A stretch of 64,000 nucleotides of DNA from Candidatus Omnitrophota bacterium. Its GTDB lineage: Bacteria > Omnitrophota > Gorgyraeia > Pluralincolimonadales > Pluralincolimonadaceae. Position 1 is the stretch's first letter. Each line of letters starts with the position of its first letter. Location: positions 345,476 through 409,475 of the forward strand of contig JAQUPL010000001.1 in assembly GCA_028716565.1 (NCBI GenBank), in the 5' to 3' direction. A program made the position numbers and the translations under genes. The notes under the pieces were generated by a model. It was given only the letters and a program-made list of their open reading frames with translations. It did not search any database and was not told the DNA's origin. Below, piece by piece: positions 40,001 through 50,894 of this stretch.

Positions 40001-41007
40001 TTAGGATATGTATTACAGGTCTTAATTACATAATTCGGCTCGGCGTATTCTACGTTGGGGTCCTGCCTATACATCGCGATTGCTTTAAACACATTGGTTT
40101 CTTTACCGATCTTTAACTTATATATATTATTCAGATCAGGCAATAAGGCCGTCCGTATGTGCGCTTTGGCTTTCTTCAATGCCTTAGGCCTGCCCTTAAA
40201 GATCTTATCCATCGATGTTACCTTTAATTTCTTATGCAAGGTATCTATAGAAGGAAGACCTGTAACGGCTATCTTATCCGAAGAGATTGTACGCCGTATC
40301 GCAAGGCCCTTCTTGAATTTAACGATCAGTTCATCCGGTGCAAAGTCGATCGTTTTACGGCCGTAGTCATCAACTATAAAGTGGCCTGCGGGATATTCCT
40401 GCAGGCCGGGATTATGGCCGGTCGCTTGCGCAGTAGCCGCTATGTTACCGGCAAAGTCGCTTGATATATTGGCGGATGCTATATTTCCGATAACCTGGTT
40501 ATCGGCAGAGGCCGGGTCCGCTTCTATACCCTTCCCATCAGCAGAGGATGAGACATTGCGGACTAAGATATTATTATTGGCGCTTATTAAAGATATGCCC
40601 GAAGCGGTGGCGCTTTTACAGGTAAGGCCTTCTACCCTGACATAATTGGCGCCGTCTAATTTGACCGCGGGGCCTTCCGCGCTTACTATAACTTCCCCGT
40701 TGGCGTGAAAGACGATATATTGTTCAGCGGTACCTGAATTGGTTATTGTTACGGTTTCATTATATGTGCCGGGCTGGATCTCGGCCGTATCTCCGGCCTT
40801 GAGGGTATCGGCTGCCTTTTGGATGGTTTCCCAGGCGCCGGAAGGAGTATTATCCGTCCCCGGGTTGGAGTCATTTCCGTCGGGCCGGACATAAAAAATA
40901 CCGGCGAACGCCGGCATGGTGGTGGCGTATAATAATATTATTACAACGATAGCCCGTAAAACCCGTGGGCAATTAATAAACACAGACCTCTTCCTTTGCT
41001 CCCCCAC
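37009..41007 (-). CDS. secreted multidomain subtilase: beta-helix, I9 propeptide, S8 peptidase, FG-GAP/VCBS propeller, prealbumin-like domain, C-terminal type-I dockerin
   Basis: 1332 aa. GTG start at 41007 with GGGTGAGG Shine-Dalgarno, then a signal peptide. Catalytic triad in VAVVDTGVDYTHQDL / HGSHVSGIA / GTSMATPHVTG. Propeptide ends in ...VEYAEPNY. About 8 repeats of the form xDxDGDGxxEii (GDVDNDGKLEVV, ADLDGDGDLEII, ADIDGDGDLEIL, GDIDGDGNVEIV...). Last 60 aa: GDCDNNNVVSGVDFAILRAAYG...ADFNGNNQIDGTDFSILKSNYG, a duplicated dockerin Ca-loop plus helix. Confidence 0.85.
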   Translation of the reverse strand: MGEQRKRSVFINCPRVLRAIVVIILLYATTMPAFAGIFYVRPDGNDSNPGTDNTPSGAWETIQKAADTLKAGDTAEIQPGTYNETVTITNSGTAEQYIVFHANGEVIVSAEGPAVKLDGANYVRVEGLTCKSATASGISLISANNNILVRNVSSSADGKGIEADPASADNQVIGNIASANISSDFAGNIAATAQATGHNPGLQEYPAGHFIVDDYGRKTIDFAPDELIVKFKKGLAIRRTISSDKIAVTGLPSIDTLHKKLKVTSMDKIFKGRPKALKKAKAHIRTALLPDLNNIYKLKIGKETNVFKAIAMYRQDPNVEYAEPNYVIKTCNTYPNDVSFGVQWSLNNTGQTSGTPDADIDAPEAWDISTGSNVVVAVVDTGVDYTHQDLAGNIWSNPDEIPDNGVDDDGNGLIDDVKGWDFYNADKDPKDDNGHGSHVSGIASAATNNATGIAGVSWNSRIMAVKVLSNAGRGYDSDVANGIIYAADNGADVINLSLGGNEYSTILKDAVDYAFSKNCVIVAAAGNSGDDTPLYPAAYDNVLSVAATDHNDARASFSTFGQEVDIAAPGVNIYSSVLNNGYNSYDGTSMATPHVTGIVALILAQNPSLANDEVIKKVYICADDLGAAGWDKYTGFGRVNAFKALNSDSQSYLFARIRGPKEEGLFSKNITITGTAAGNNFDRYEIWAGQGQNPANWQATGITLTGGQVIDGVLATWDCSGLPSDFWTIKLISYDKNSSTRESRIYLSIDNSYQKGWPQKTMYGGASYNASIVAGDVDNDGKLEVVTGSYEGNIYIWRYDGTLLPGWPVYIGQQALTPALADLDGDGDLEIIIGTNVANQDEKLFVLHHDGTLFAGNWPKGWAGYGYEINYISDAPVAADIDGDGDLEILIGGENWKVHAWHHDGTKVTGWPVSLSNNQNATAVAVGDIDGDGNVEIVAAESTTYGTEVYGSIYAWHHDGTPVAGWPIDIDGTLYQPVLGDINGDGKLEVIVSSRTGLFVFNGAGAVLVSKNIGTNICKMPCLGDLDNDKMPEIILLGSNDTIYAWRGDGSNVPGWPRTFGFNNPAWLSGAAVADVDGDGNNEVITAAYDSYFSRSYLYVFNHDGTFAAGYPKQTDVDYFSVPVIADLDKDGDVEIIAHGRYLGTIGTNVYVWDLPAPYDESKADWPMVGRNAQHTACYPIARGGISGKVALQSRNNHSDVITFELRNPGQTNLLATYQLLTATDGSYTLNDIKPGTYDLTAKGSIFLKAKQADVIVQQGRVTPNINFNLLGGDCDNNNVVSGVDFAILRAAYGTKPGDAKWDTRADFNGNNQIDGTDFSILKSNYGISGAQ

Positions 41008-41030
41008 CTCACCCGAATGTATTAGGGAAT

Positions 41031-41059
41031 AGTCTACTTTCGAATGTGAAATTTGTCAA
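41031..41059 (-). promoter_or_regulatory. candidate promoter of the subtilase / PEP-CTERM operon (-35 TTGACA, 17 nt, -10 TAGACT)
   Basis: Minus-sense tatTTGACAaatttcacattcgaaagTAGACTattccc, about 20 nt upstream of the GTG start. The -10 is only a 4/6 match. Confidence 0.3.
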
Positions 41060-41110
41060 TATAACTGTTTTGTTATTTTATAGGATTTTTTTGCGGTATT
41101 TTCTAATTAA

Positions 41111-42091
41111 CTATATCCTTAATAAAGCACGCGCCCTTGGAGGGCAGGCGACGAAATGCCCCGGCTTAACCTCATCTAGGGTAGGCTCTTCTACCTTGCA
41201 CCGGGGTTCGGCGTACGGGCAGCGGGGATGGAATTTGCAGCCGGCGGGCGGGCATAAAGGAGACGGAAGTTCCCCTTTTACTATCATCTTTTTCTTCTTG
41301 CGCTCCGGCCCTATAGAGATCGCCGAGAATAGCGCCTCGGTGTAAGGATGTACCGGGAACGAGTAAAGCTCATCGGTAGAGGCGTATTCAAAGGCCTTGC
41401 CCAGGTACATTACCAGGACCGAATCGGATATTGATTCTATGACCCTCAGGTCGTGCGAGATCAAGAGATATGATAGGCCCAATTCCTTCTGGAGACCCGT
41501 CAGTAATTTCAATATCTGCGCCTGTATCGAGAGGTCGAGTGATGAAACCGGCTCGTCGCAGACAATAAGTTTGGGACCTGTCGCGAGCGCCCGCGCTATA
41601 CCTATCCTCTGGCGCTCCCCGCCGCTGAACTGGTGGGGATAACGTTTCGCGTGGTCGGCCCGCAATCCGACCTTCGAAAGCAGTTCCAGGACTTTTGAGC
41701 GGCGCGCTTTGGCATCGCCGATTCCGTGGACCAGTAGCGGCTCGCTTAAGATCTCGCCAATTTTCATCCTCGGGTTCAACGAATTATACGGGTCCTGGAA
41801 GACGACTTGCAATCTTTTCCTTAACGGCCGCATCCTGTCCTGCGAGAAGCCGGTTATCTCCTGCCCATCGAATGATATCTTCCCGGCTGTAGGGCTAAGG
41901 AGATTAAGTATTATCCTGGCCAGCGTCGTCTTTCCGCAGCCCGATTCACCAACCAAGCCGAGCGTCTTCCTTGCTTCGACATCGAATGATATCCCGTCGA
42001 CGGCCTTGACCTCGCCTACGATATGGCGGGCAAATCCCCTAGCGACCGGGAAATATTTTTTTACGTCTTTGACAGAAAGGATAGGCTGCAC
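41111..42091 (-). CDS. oppF: oligopeptide/dipeptide ABC transporter ATP-binding protein
   Basis: Walker A GESGCGKTT, LSGGERQR, Walker B LIVCDEP, plus the Opp-type C-terminal extension with Cys cluster. Confidence 0.85.
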   Translation of the reverse strand: MQPILSVKDVKKYFPVARGFARHIVGEVKAVDGISFDVEARKTLGLVGESGCGKTTLARIILNLLSPTAGKISFDGQEITGFSQDRMRPLRKRLQVVFQDPYNSLNPRMKIGEILSEPLLVHGIGDAKARRSKVLELLSKVGLRADHAKRYPHQFSGGERQRIGIARALATGPKLIVCDEPVSSLDLSIQAQILKLLTGLQKELGLSYLLISHDLRVIESISDSVLVMYLGKAFEYASTDELYSFPVHPYTEALFSAISIGPERKKKKMIVKGELPSPLCPPAGCKFHPRCPYAEPRCKVEEPTLDEVKPGHFVACPPRARALLRI

Positions 42092-42092
42092 T

Positions 42093-42890
42093 CTATCTCC
42101 TGCTCATCTTCGGGATGCAATCTATTAGTTTCTTCGTGTAAGGATGCGACGGCTTCTTGTATATCATGTCGGTATCGCCGTATTCGACGATCTTCCCCTC
42201 CTGCATTACCGCGGTCTTCTCCGCGACCTGCGCGACTATCGAAAGGTCGTGTGTTATCAGGAGGACCGTGAGTTTAAGATCCTCCCGTAATTTTTCAAGG
42301 AGTTCGAGGATCTGCGCCTGGATAGTCACGTCGAGCGCGGTCGTCGGTTCGTCGGCGATCAAAAGTTTCGGCCTGCATGATATCGCCATTGCTATCATCA
42401 CCCTCTGCTTCATACCGCCTGATAGCTGGTGCGGATAAGAGAACATTACCTCCTTCGGCGATGGCATCCCGACATCTTTTAGCAGGCCGACGGCGGTATC
42501 GAATGCCTCGTTCTCCTTCGATCTCTGGTGGAGCCGTATCGTCTCGATAAGCTGGTCGCCTATGGTAAAGACCGGGTTAAGGGACGTCGCCGGGTCCTGG
42601 AATACATAGGAGACCTTCGCCCCTCTTATGATCCTGAGCTGTTCTTCCGATAATTTAAATATCTCGCGGCCGTCGAATAATATCTCGCCCTTCTTTATCT
42701 CTGCCGATTCCGGCAGGAGCCTCGTCACGGAAAGCGCGGTCACGGATTTTCCGGAACCTGATTCCCCGACGAGGCCGAGGATCTCGCCTTCATAGACTTT
42801 CAGGTCCGCGCCCCTGACCGCCTCGATAGTCTTCCCGCCCTGCCTGAAATTGACATATAGATTCTTTATCTCTAAGAGCGGCTCGTTCAT
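42093..42890 (-). CDS. oppD: oligopeptide/dipeptide ABC transporter ATP-binding protein
   Basis: GESGSGKSV, LSGGMKQR, LLIADEPTTALD. 265 aa. Confidence 0.85.
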   Translation of the reverse strand: MNEPLLEIKNLYVNFRQGGKTIEAVRGADLKVYEGEILGLVGESGSGKSVTALSVTRLLPESAEIKKGEILFDGREIFKLSEEQLRIIRGAKVSYVFQDPATSLNPVFTIGDQLIETIRLHQRSKENEAFDTAVGLLKDVGMPSPKEVMFSYPHQLSGGMKQRVMIAMAISCRPKLLIADEPTTALDVTIQAQILELLEKLREDLKLTVLLITHDLSIVAQVAEKTAVMQEGKIVEYGDTDMIYKKPSHPYTKKLIDCIPKMSRR

Positions 42891-43699
42891 TGTCCTTTTC
42901 TATGAGGGTTGAAATGTTCACGCAACCCCTCCCCTAAAAGGTTATAGCCCAATACGGTGACTAATATGGCGAATCCGGGAAAGACGGTTATCCACCAGGC
43001 AATGCCCAGGGTCGATTTCGCCTCAGTGAGGATATTTCCCCAGCTCGGTGTTGGCGGCTGGACGCCGAGGCCGAGGAAACTCAACCCCGATTCTATAAGG
43101 ATCGCCCCCGCTACACCTAACACGACGTTGACTAAAACAGGGCCCATGCCGTTAGGGATCAGATGGCGAACTATGATACGAAAGTCGCTGGCTCCCGTAG
43201 CGCGGGCCGCTTCGACGAATTCCCGTTCTTTCAAACTCAAAATTTCGGCCCTTATCAACCGGGCCGCACCCATCCAACCGGTCAATCCTATAACAACCAT
43301 AATGCTGAAAATGCTCGGACCCATTATTGCGATCACTGTCAGTATCAAAAAAAGCGTGGGGAAACATAACATAACATCGATAAATCTTGAGACCACGCTA
43401 TCTATCCAGCCGCCGTAATAACCTGCGAGTGAACCCAGTATCAACCCTATTATTACGGCTATCCCGACTGCGACAAAACCCACAGAGAGCGATATCCGCC
43501 CTCCGTAGGCCATACGCGCGAAGAGGTCGCGGCCGAGGGAGTCAGTCCCCATCGGGTGTTCGTGTGAAGGTGGCAAGAGTGCCTTCTCGAGATCTATCCC
43601 GTTCGGGTCATAGCGGCTCACCTGAGGAGCGAATATCGCGAGGAACCCCATTACGCAGACTATGATGATGCCTGCCGCGGTAAGTTTGTTTATCCTCAT
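42887..43699 (-). CDS. oppC: oligopeptide ABC transporter permease
   Basis: 6 TM helices. BPD-transport EAA-like loop ([20 protein letters not shown]). Confidence 0.85.
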   Translation of the reverse strand: MRINKLTAAGIIIVCVMGFLAIFAPQVSRYDPNGIDLEKALLPPSHEHPMGTDSLGRDLFARMAYGGRISLSVGFVAVGIAVIIGLILGSLAGYYGGWIDSVVSRFIDVMLCFPTLFLILTVIAIMGPSIFSIMVVIGLTGWMGAARLIRAEILSLKEREFVEAARATGASDFRIIVRHLIPNGMGPVLVNVVLGVAGAILIESGLSFLGLGVQPPTPSWGNILTEAKSTLGIAWWITVFPGFAILVTVLGYNLLGEGLREHFNPHRKGQ

Positions 43700-44676
43700 C
43701 GCTTCTCCCCCACGCGGATACGCGGGTCGACGCAGGCGTACATCACGTCGGCCAGGAGGTTACCGAGTAGAGTAAGGATAGCGCCCACGAAGAGTATCCC
43801 CATTATCACCGGGTAATCGCGCGCCATGACCGAATCGAAGAAGAGTTTTCCCATCCCCGGGATGGCGTAGATAGATTCGAATATGACGCTGCCACCTATC
43901 AACCCCGGAACCGAAAGCCCGATAATCGTCACTATCGGCAGGAGGGCATTCTTGAGCGCGTGTTTGTAAATTACCTCTTTCTCGGAAAGCCCCTTCGCCC
44001 GCGCCGTCCTTATGAAATCCTTATGCATGACCTCGAGCATGCTGGTCCGCATATAACGGGATATGCCGGCTAGGCCGCCGAAGGCCGAGACGAAGACAGG
44101 CAGGATAAGATGGCGCGAAACGTCCGCTATCTTCTGGAAGAAATTAAGCTCCTCGAAGTCGAAGGATTTTATGCCGGAGATCGGCAGCCATCCGAGTTGG
44201 ACGCCGAATAAGCTCATCGCCAGGAGCGCCAGCCAGAAGGTAGGTGTCGCGAAACCGATAAAAACAAATACTGTCGAACTCTTATCGAAAAGGGAATTTT
44301 CTTTTACCGCACTCATTATACCGATCGGCACGGCGATCAGAAATATCAGGAACAGCGACAATAGTTCTATTGTTATCGTGATGGGTATGCGTTCACCGAT
44401 CTTGATGAGTACCGGCCTTTCGTCGGTAAAGGATTTTCCGAAATCGAATACGGCAAGCCTCTTTATCCATTGCAAGTATTGGACGTGTACGGGTTTGTCG
44501 AGGCCGTAGAGCCTGTCGAGCTTCTCCCGCGCCTCGAGCGTTATCTTCGGCGACATCTCGGCCTGAAGGCGGGTAGGTTTTCCAGGCGAGAGGTGTATTA
44601 GGAAAAAAGTGATTACCGTTATACCGAACAGGACCGGTATTAAGCCGACAAGCCGCCTTAAAATGTAGTTTACCAT
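43696..44676 (-). CDS. oppB: oligopeptide ABC transporter permease
   Basis: 326 aa. OppB/DppB-type permease with EAA loop ([21 protein letters not shown]). Confidence 0.85.
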   Translation of the reverse strand: MVNYILRRLVGLIPVLFGITVITFFLIHLSPGKPTRLQAEMSPKITLEAREKLDRLYGLDKPVHVQYLQWIKRLAVFDFGKSFTDERPVLIKIGERIPITITIELLSLFLIFLIAVPIGIMSAVKENSLFDKSSTVFVFIGFATPTFWLALLAMSLFGVQLGWLPISGIKSFDFEELNFFQKIADVSRHLILPVFVSAFGGLAGISRYMRTSMLEVMHKDFIRTARAKGLSEKEVIYKHALKNALLPIVTIIGLSVPGLIGGSVIFESIYAIPGMGKLFFDSVMARDYPVIMGILFVGAILTLLGNLLADVMYACVDPRIRVGEKR

Positions 44677-46256
44677 CTGGTATATCTCTGCTCTTCTTTA
44701 GGTACGTACCATTTTATGAAATTATAACCGATACCCAATGGCGCCGGAGCTATCCCCTTGAATCTCGCGTGGACCATAGGCAAGGCGTCAGGCACGAATA
44801 AAAATATGCAGGGATGGTCGTCGAATATCAACCGGTGTATCTTATTATATATCTCTTTTCTCTTCTCTTCGTCAAACTCGCGGCGGCCTGCCTCGAGAAG
44901 GGCGTCGACTTCCTTGTTCTCGTACCCGATAAAGTTGAACTCACCCGGCCTCTGCTTGGAAGAATGCCAGATATCATAGCAATCCGGGTCGCGTGAAAGA
45001 TTCCATCCCATGATGACCGCGTTAAATCTATGTTTGTCTATGAACTCTGACAAAAAGGTAGCCCACTCTATTATCCTTATCTCAACATCTATCCCTATCT
45101 CCTTTAATCTCCTCTGGATTATCTCGGCGCAGATCTGGCGCGTATCGTTCCCCATATTCGTTAATATGATGAATTTAAACTTATCGCCGTCCTTATCGAG
45201 CCAGCCGTCACTGTCGTGGTCCTCCCAGCCCGCTTCTTTTAACAACTCTTTGGCTTTCTTGGGGTTATACGGGACGGATTTCACATCCACATTATATGCC
45301 CACGACTCGGGCGGGAACGGCCCGGTCGAGACCCTGCCTAATCCTAAAAGCACACCTTTTATTATCTCATCTTTATCGATTGCGTAATCGAGCGCGAGCC
45401 TGACGCGGCAGTCCGCGAAAAGCGGGTCCTTCATATTAAAACCAAGGTAAGTATAACCGAACGAGGGATATTTGTATTTCCTGTAATATTTTTTGAAGAA
45501 CGGCGTGTCTGTCTGGCGCGTGTACTGTAGCGGGGTCAGACCGACCTCATCTACGCCCTGCGTCTGCAATTCGAGGAAAGTGGTCGCCTGGTCAGGGATT
45601 ATCCTGTAGATATACCTGTTTATATAAGGGCGGCCTTCGTAGTAATCCGGGTTCGAGACGAGGACTATCTTCTCGCCTGTTTTCCATTCTTTGAATTTAT
45701 AGGAACCCGTTCCTATGGGATTGCGGGAGAATTTCGTATTGCTCAAGTCTTCCTTCTCGAGGATATGTTTGGGCATTATCCACATCCCCCAGCTGGATAA
45801 TCCGGGAGAGAACGGTTCTTTATAAGTCACCTTTACGGTATGGTCGTCGAGGACCTCAAGGGATTTAATCCGCTCAAAATCCCCGCTGTACGGGGTCTTT
45901 ACGTTTGGGTCTATTAGCTTTTGGTAGGTGAATTCCACGTCGCGGGCGGTAAATGGCTGGCCATCATGCCATCTCACGTTCTTGCGCAGGTGGAAGATGA
46001 TGACGAGGCCGCCTTCCTTTATTTCCCACCTCTCGGCGAGCTCGCCTTCGAGATTAAGGTCCTTGTCGTAGCGCACTAGACCGTTAAAGACAAGACCGCA
46101 TATCTCGGCTGAGGCAGAATCCGACGCGAGTATAGGGACAAGAGTGGAAGCGTCACCGATAGAGGCGGTGATGATGGCGTCGCCGTAATCGGCCGCCAAA
46201 ACTGTCCCCTGTGCCAGCAAAAAAAATACCGCAAGAAGCGGTATTTTTTTTAACAT
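44670..46256 (-). CDS. oppA: oligopeptide ABC transporter substrate-binding protein (SBP family 5)
   Basis: Signal peptide [22 protein letters not shown], 528 aa, family-5 SBP architecture. GGGGGAGAT RBS lies only 15 nt after the secG stop. Confidence 0.8.
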   Translation of the reverse strand: MLKKIPLLAVFFLLAQGTVLAADYGDAIITASIGDASTLVPILASDSASAEICGLVFNGLVRYDKDLNLEGELAERWEIKEGGLVIIFHLRKNVRWHDGQPFTARDVEFTYQKLIDPNVKTPYSGDFERIKSLEVLDDHTVKVTYKEPFSPGLSSWGMWIMPKHILEKEDLSNTKFSRNPIGTGSYKFKEWKTGEKIVLVSNPDYYEGRPYINRYIYRIIPDQATTFLELQTQGVDEVGLTPLQYTRQTDTPFFKKYYRKYKYPSFGYTYLGFNMKDPLFADCRVRLALDYAIDKDEIIKGVLLGLGRVSTGPFPPESWAYNVDVKSVPYNPKKAKELLKEAGWEDHDSDGWLDKDGDKFKFIILTNMGNDTRQICAEIIQRRLKEIGIDVEIRIIEWATFLSEFIDKHRFNAVIMGWNLSRDPDCYDIWHSSKQRPGEFNFIGYENKEVDALLEAGRREFDEEKRKEIYNKIHRLIFDDHPCIFLFVPDALPMVHARFKGIAPAPLGIGYNFIKWYVPKEEQRYTRW

Positions 46257-46271
46257 ATATCTCCCCCTGTT

Positions 46272-46631
46272 TTACTTATTAGGAGCCTGTTGTCCGGTCG
46301 TGCCGGCCGGAGGCAGGTTCGTCTGGGGCGCCTCGCCCGCTGCCTTAGCCGGGGCCTTCTTTTCTTCCTTCGTGACTTCCCTCTCGACTATTGAGCCGGA
46401 CCTTTCGGTGCTCATCAGCGCCAGGGTCATAGAGGTCACCAGGAAGAGAACAGCGCAAGCGGCAGTCGCCTTCGTAAGGAAAGACGACGCCTTGGTCCCC
46501 AGCATAGACTGGAGGCCGCCGCTCCCGCCGAACGTCTCGGATATCCCGCCGCCCTTACCCGCCTGTAGCAGTATGACCATTATCAGGACTAAACACGCGA
46601 TCACATGCAAAGTTATCAAGAACGCGAACAT
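46272..46631 (-). CDS. secG: preprotein translocase subunit SecG
   Basis: 119 aa. Two TM helices with a Gly-rich loop (LLQAGKGGGISETFGGSGGLQSMLG), typical of SecG. Classic position after tpiA. Confidence 0.8.
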   Translation of the reverse strand: MFAFLITLHVIACLVLIMVILLQAGKGGGISETFGGSGGLQSMLGTKASSFLTKATAACAVLFLVTSMTLALMSTERSGSIVEREVTKEEKKAPAKAAGEAPQTNLPPAGTTGQQAPNK

Positions 46632-46639
46632 CTTATTTC

Positions 46640-46725
46640 TACTCCTTTTTAAATGAGGCCATGGTTTACATCGCTTGCGCGATGTAAACCATTAGGCCGA
46701 ATTAAATCCCCCACAGGGGAACTAA
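46640..46725 (-). promoter_or_regulatory. conserved structured intergenic element, copy 2 (tpiA-secG spacer)
   Basis: Minus-sense: hairpin TCCCC-tgtg-GGGGA, then TTTAATTCGGCCTAATGGTTTACATCGC-gcaa-GCGATGTAAACCATGGCCTCATTTAAAAAGGAG, then ATG of secG. Same architecture and linker as the 9205-9296 element, with compensatory stem differences. Confidence 0.5.
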
Positions 46726-46727
46726 AT

Positions 46728-47486
46728 TCATTTTTTACCTTGTCTTACTATTTCGGCGAAGTCCTTTACCTTAAGGCTCGCCCCTCCGACCAGCGCCCCG
46801 TCGATATCAGGCCCGGCCATAATACTCTTTGTGTTATCGGGTTTTACGCTCCCGCCGTATTGTATCCTCACTTTTGAGGAGACATCCTCGCCGTAAGCTT
46901 TCTTGAGCAGCTCGCGGATATATTTATGGACTTCCTGCGCCTGTTCCGGCGTAGCGGTCCTTCCGGTCCCGATCGCCCAGACAGGTTCATAGGCAATGAC
47001 TATTTTGGCGACATCCTCTTTAGGGAGGCCTGCTAACCCGCCTTCTACATGGTTCTTTACCACATCAAAAGTCTTTCCGGAATCACGCTCTTCGAGGCGC
47101 TCGCCCACGCACATTATCGGCGTAAGGCCGTGCTTTAAAGCGGCTTTAACCTTCTTGTTAACCGTCTCATTAGTCTCGTGGAAATACGTCCTGCGCTCAG
47201 AATGCCCGATTATGCAGAATTTACAGCCGAGGTCAGTGAGCATCTTAGGAGCTACTTCACCGGTGTAGGCGCCTTCCTCTTCCCAGTAGATATCCTGCGC
47301 GCCGTATCCGATGTTCGAGCCATTGAGCGCTTCTGCGACTTTAGATATCGAGGTAAAAGGCGGACAGACCACCACCTCTACCGCGGTCTCGTCTTTTAAT
47401 TCATTCTTAAGACCGTTGACGAGCTCAAGCGCCTCGCCTGAGGTCTTGTACATCTTCCAGTTGCCTGCGATTATAGGTTTTCTCAT
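46728..47486 (-). CDS. tpiA: triose-phosphate isomerase
   Basis: AGNWKM, catalytic His/Glu context (IGHSERR, AYEPVWAIGTG). Confidence 0.95.
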   Translation of the reverse strand: MRKPIIAGNWKMYKTSGEALELVNGLKNELKDETAVEVVVCPPFTSISKVAEALNGSNIGYGAQDIYWEEEGAYTGEVAPKMLTDLGCKFCIIGHSERRTYFHETNETVNKKVKAALKHGLTPIMCVGERLEERDSGKTFDVVKNHVEGGLAGLPKEDVAKIVIAYEPVWAIGTGRTATPEQAQEVHKYIRELLKKAYGEDVSSKVRIQYGGSVKPDNTKSIMAGPDIDGALVGGASLKVKDFAEIVRQGKK

Positions 47487-47599
47487 TATATCCTTTCAAC
47501 CAATAACCTTTATGAGGGCGGGTCCTGCCTGCCGAGCACCTCGTCCCTTTTGCTTCGTGCAAAAGGGCCAAGGGCTCCGTCGGCAGTCACCCGCTGACA

Positions 47600-48811
47600 T
47601 TACTTATCAGTTAAAGCTTTAATACCCGGTAAAACCTTTCCTTCCAGGTACTCGAGGGAAGCTCCCCCGCCCGTGGATATATGCGTCATCTTGTCTTCAA
47701 GCTTGAACTTCGCTATCGCGGCAGCCGTATCGCCGCCGCCGATTATCGATATCACCTTGCTCCCGCCGCAGCATGAACATCCTCCGGAAAGGCAGGCGAT
47801 ATATTTCGCGACCTCTTCGGTTCCCTTGGAGAATTTATCCATCTCGAATACGCCGAGCGGGCCGTTCCATACGATGGTCCTGGCGCTCTTTAAGACGTTC
47901 TTAAACACCTCTACGGTCTTAGGACCCACATCCAATCCCATCCATCCGTCAGGGATCTGGTCGCCTACGACTTTGGTGTTCGCGTTCGCGTCGAATTTAT
48001 CGGCGATGATATTATCGACCGGCAGGACGATATTGACTTTCTTCTGTTTGGCTTTCTCGAGAAGCAATTTCGCGATATCTATCTTGTCCTTCTCGACCTT
48101 AGAGGCGCCTATCGATTTGCCCTGCGCCGCATAAAAAGTATAAGCCATCCCGCCGCCGATGAGTATTGAATCTGCCTTGTCCAGGAGGTTCTCGATGACG
48201 CCTATCTTGTCCGAGACCTTCGCGCCGCCGAGTATCGTCACAAACGGCTTGGCCGGGTTCATGACCTTATCTTCGAGATATTCGATCTCTTTTTCAAGAA
48301 GGAAACCCGCAGCCGACTTCAGGTATTTCGTCACGCCCTCTGTCGATGCGTGCGCGCGGTGCGCGGTCCCGAAAGCGTCATTTACGAATACGTCTCCGAG
48401 GCTCGCGAGCTCTTTAGCGAAATTCGCGTCGTTGGCTTCTTCCTCTGCGTGGAAACGCAGGTTCTCGAGGAGGATGCACTCGCCCGGTTTCATGGCATCT
48501 GCCATCGCCTTGACGTCGGGCCCGACGCAGTCTTTCGCCATCTTCACCGGCTTGCCTAGCAATTGGCTAAGCTTCGCGGCGCACGGGGCGAGGCTGTACT
48601 TAGCTATGACCTTGCCGTCCGGCCTGCCGAGATGGCTCATCAGGATAAGTTTTGCCCCTTTGTCGAGCGCGTATTTTATCGTCGGCAAAGTCGCCCTTAT
48701 CCTCGTGTCATCGGTTATATTGAGCTTGTCGTCTAGCGGGACATTAAAGTCGACGCGCATCAATACGCGCTTCCCTTTAAGGTCCAGGTCTTTTATTGTC
48801 AGCTTGTTCAT
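47600..48811 (-). CDS. pgk: phosphoglycerate kinase
   Basis: RVDFNVP N-terminus, hinge and C-terminal nucleotide-binding motifs. 403 aa. Confidence 0.95.
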   Translation of the reverse strand: MNKLTIKDLDLKGKRVLMRVDFNVPLDDKLNITDDTRIRATLPTIKYALDKGAKLILMSHLGRPDGKVIAKYSLAPCAAKLSQLLGKPVKMAKDCVGPDVKAMADAMKPGECILLENLRFHAEEEANDANFAKELASLGDVFVNDAFGTAHRAHASTEGVTKYLKSAAGFLLEKEIEYLEDKVMNPAKPFVTILGGAKVSDKIGVIENLLDKADSILIGGGMAYTFYAAQGKSIGASKVEKDKIDIAKLLLEKAKQKKVNIVLPVDNIIADKFDANANTKVVGDQIPDGWMGLDVGPKTVEVFKNVLKSARTIVWNGPLGVFEMDKFSKGTEEVAKYIACLSGGCSCCGGSKVISIIGGGDTAAAIAKFKLEDKMTHISTGGGASLEYLEGKVLPGIKALTDK

Positions 48812-48814
48812 ATT

Positions 48815-50891
<2,077 letters not shown>

Positions 50892-50894
50892 TTG

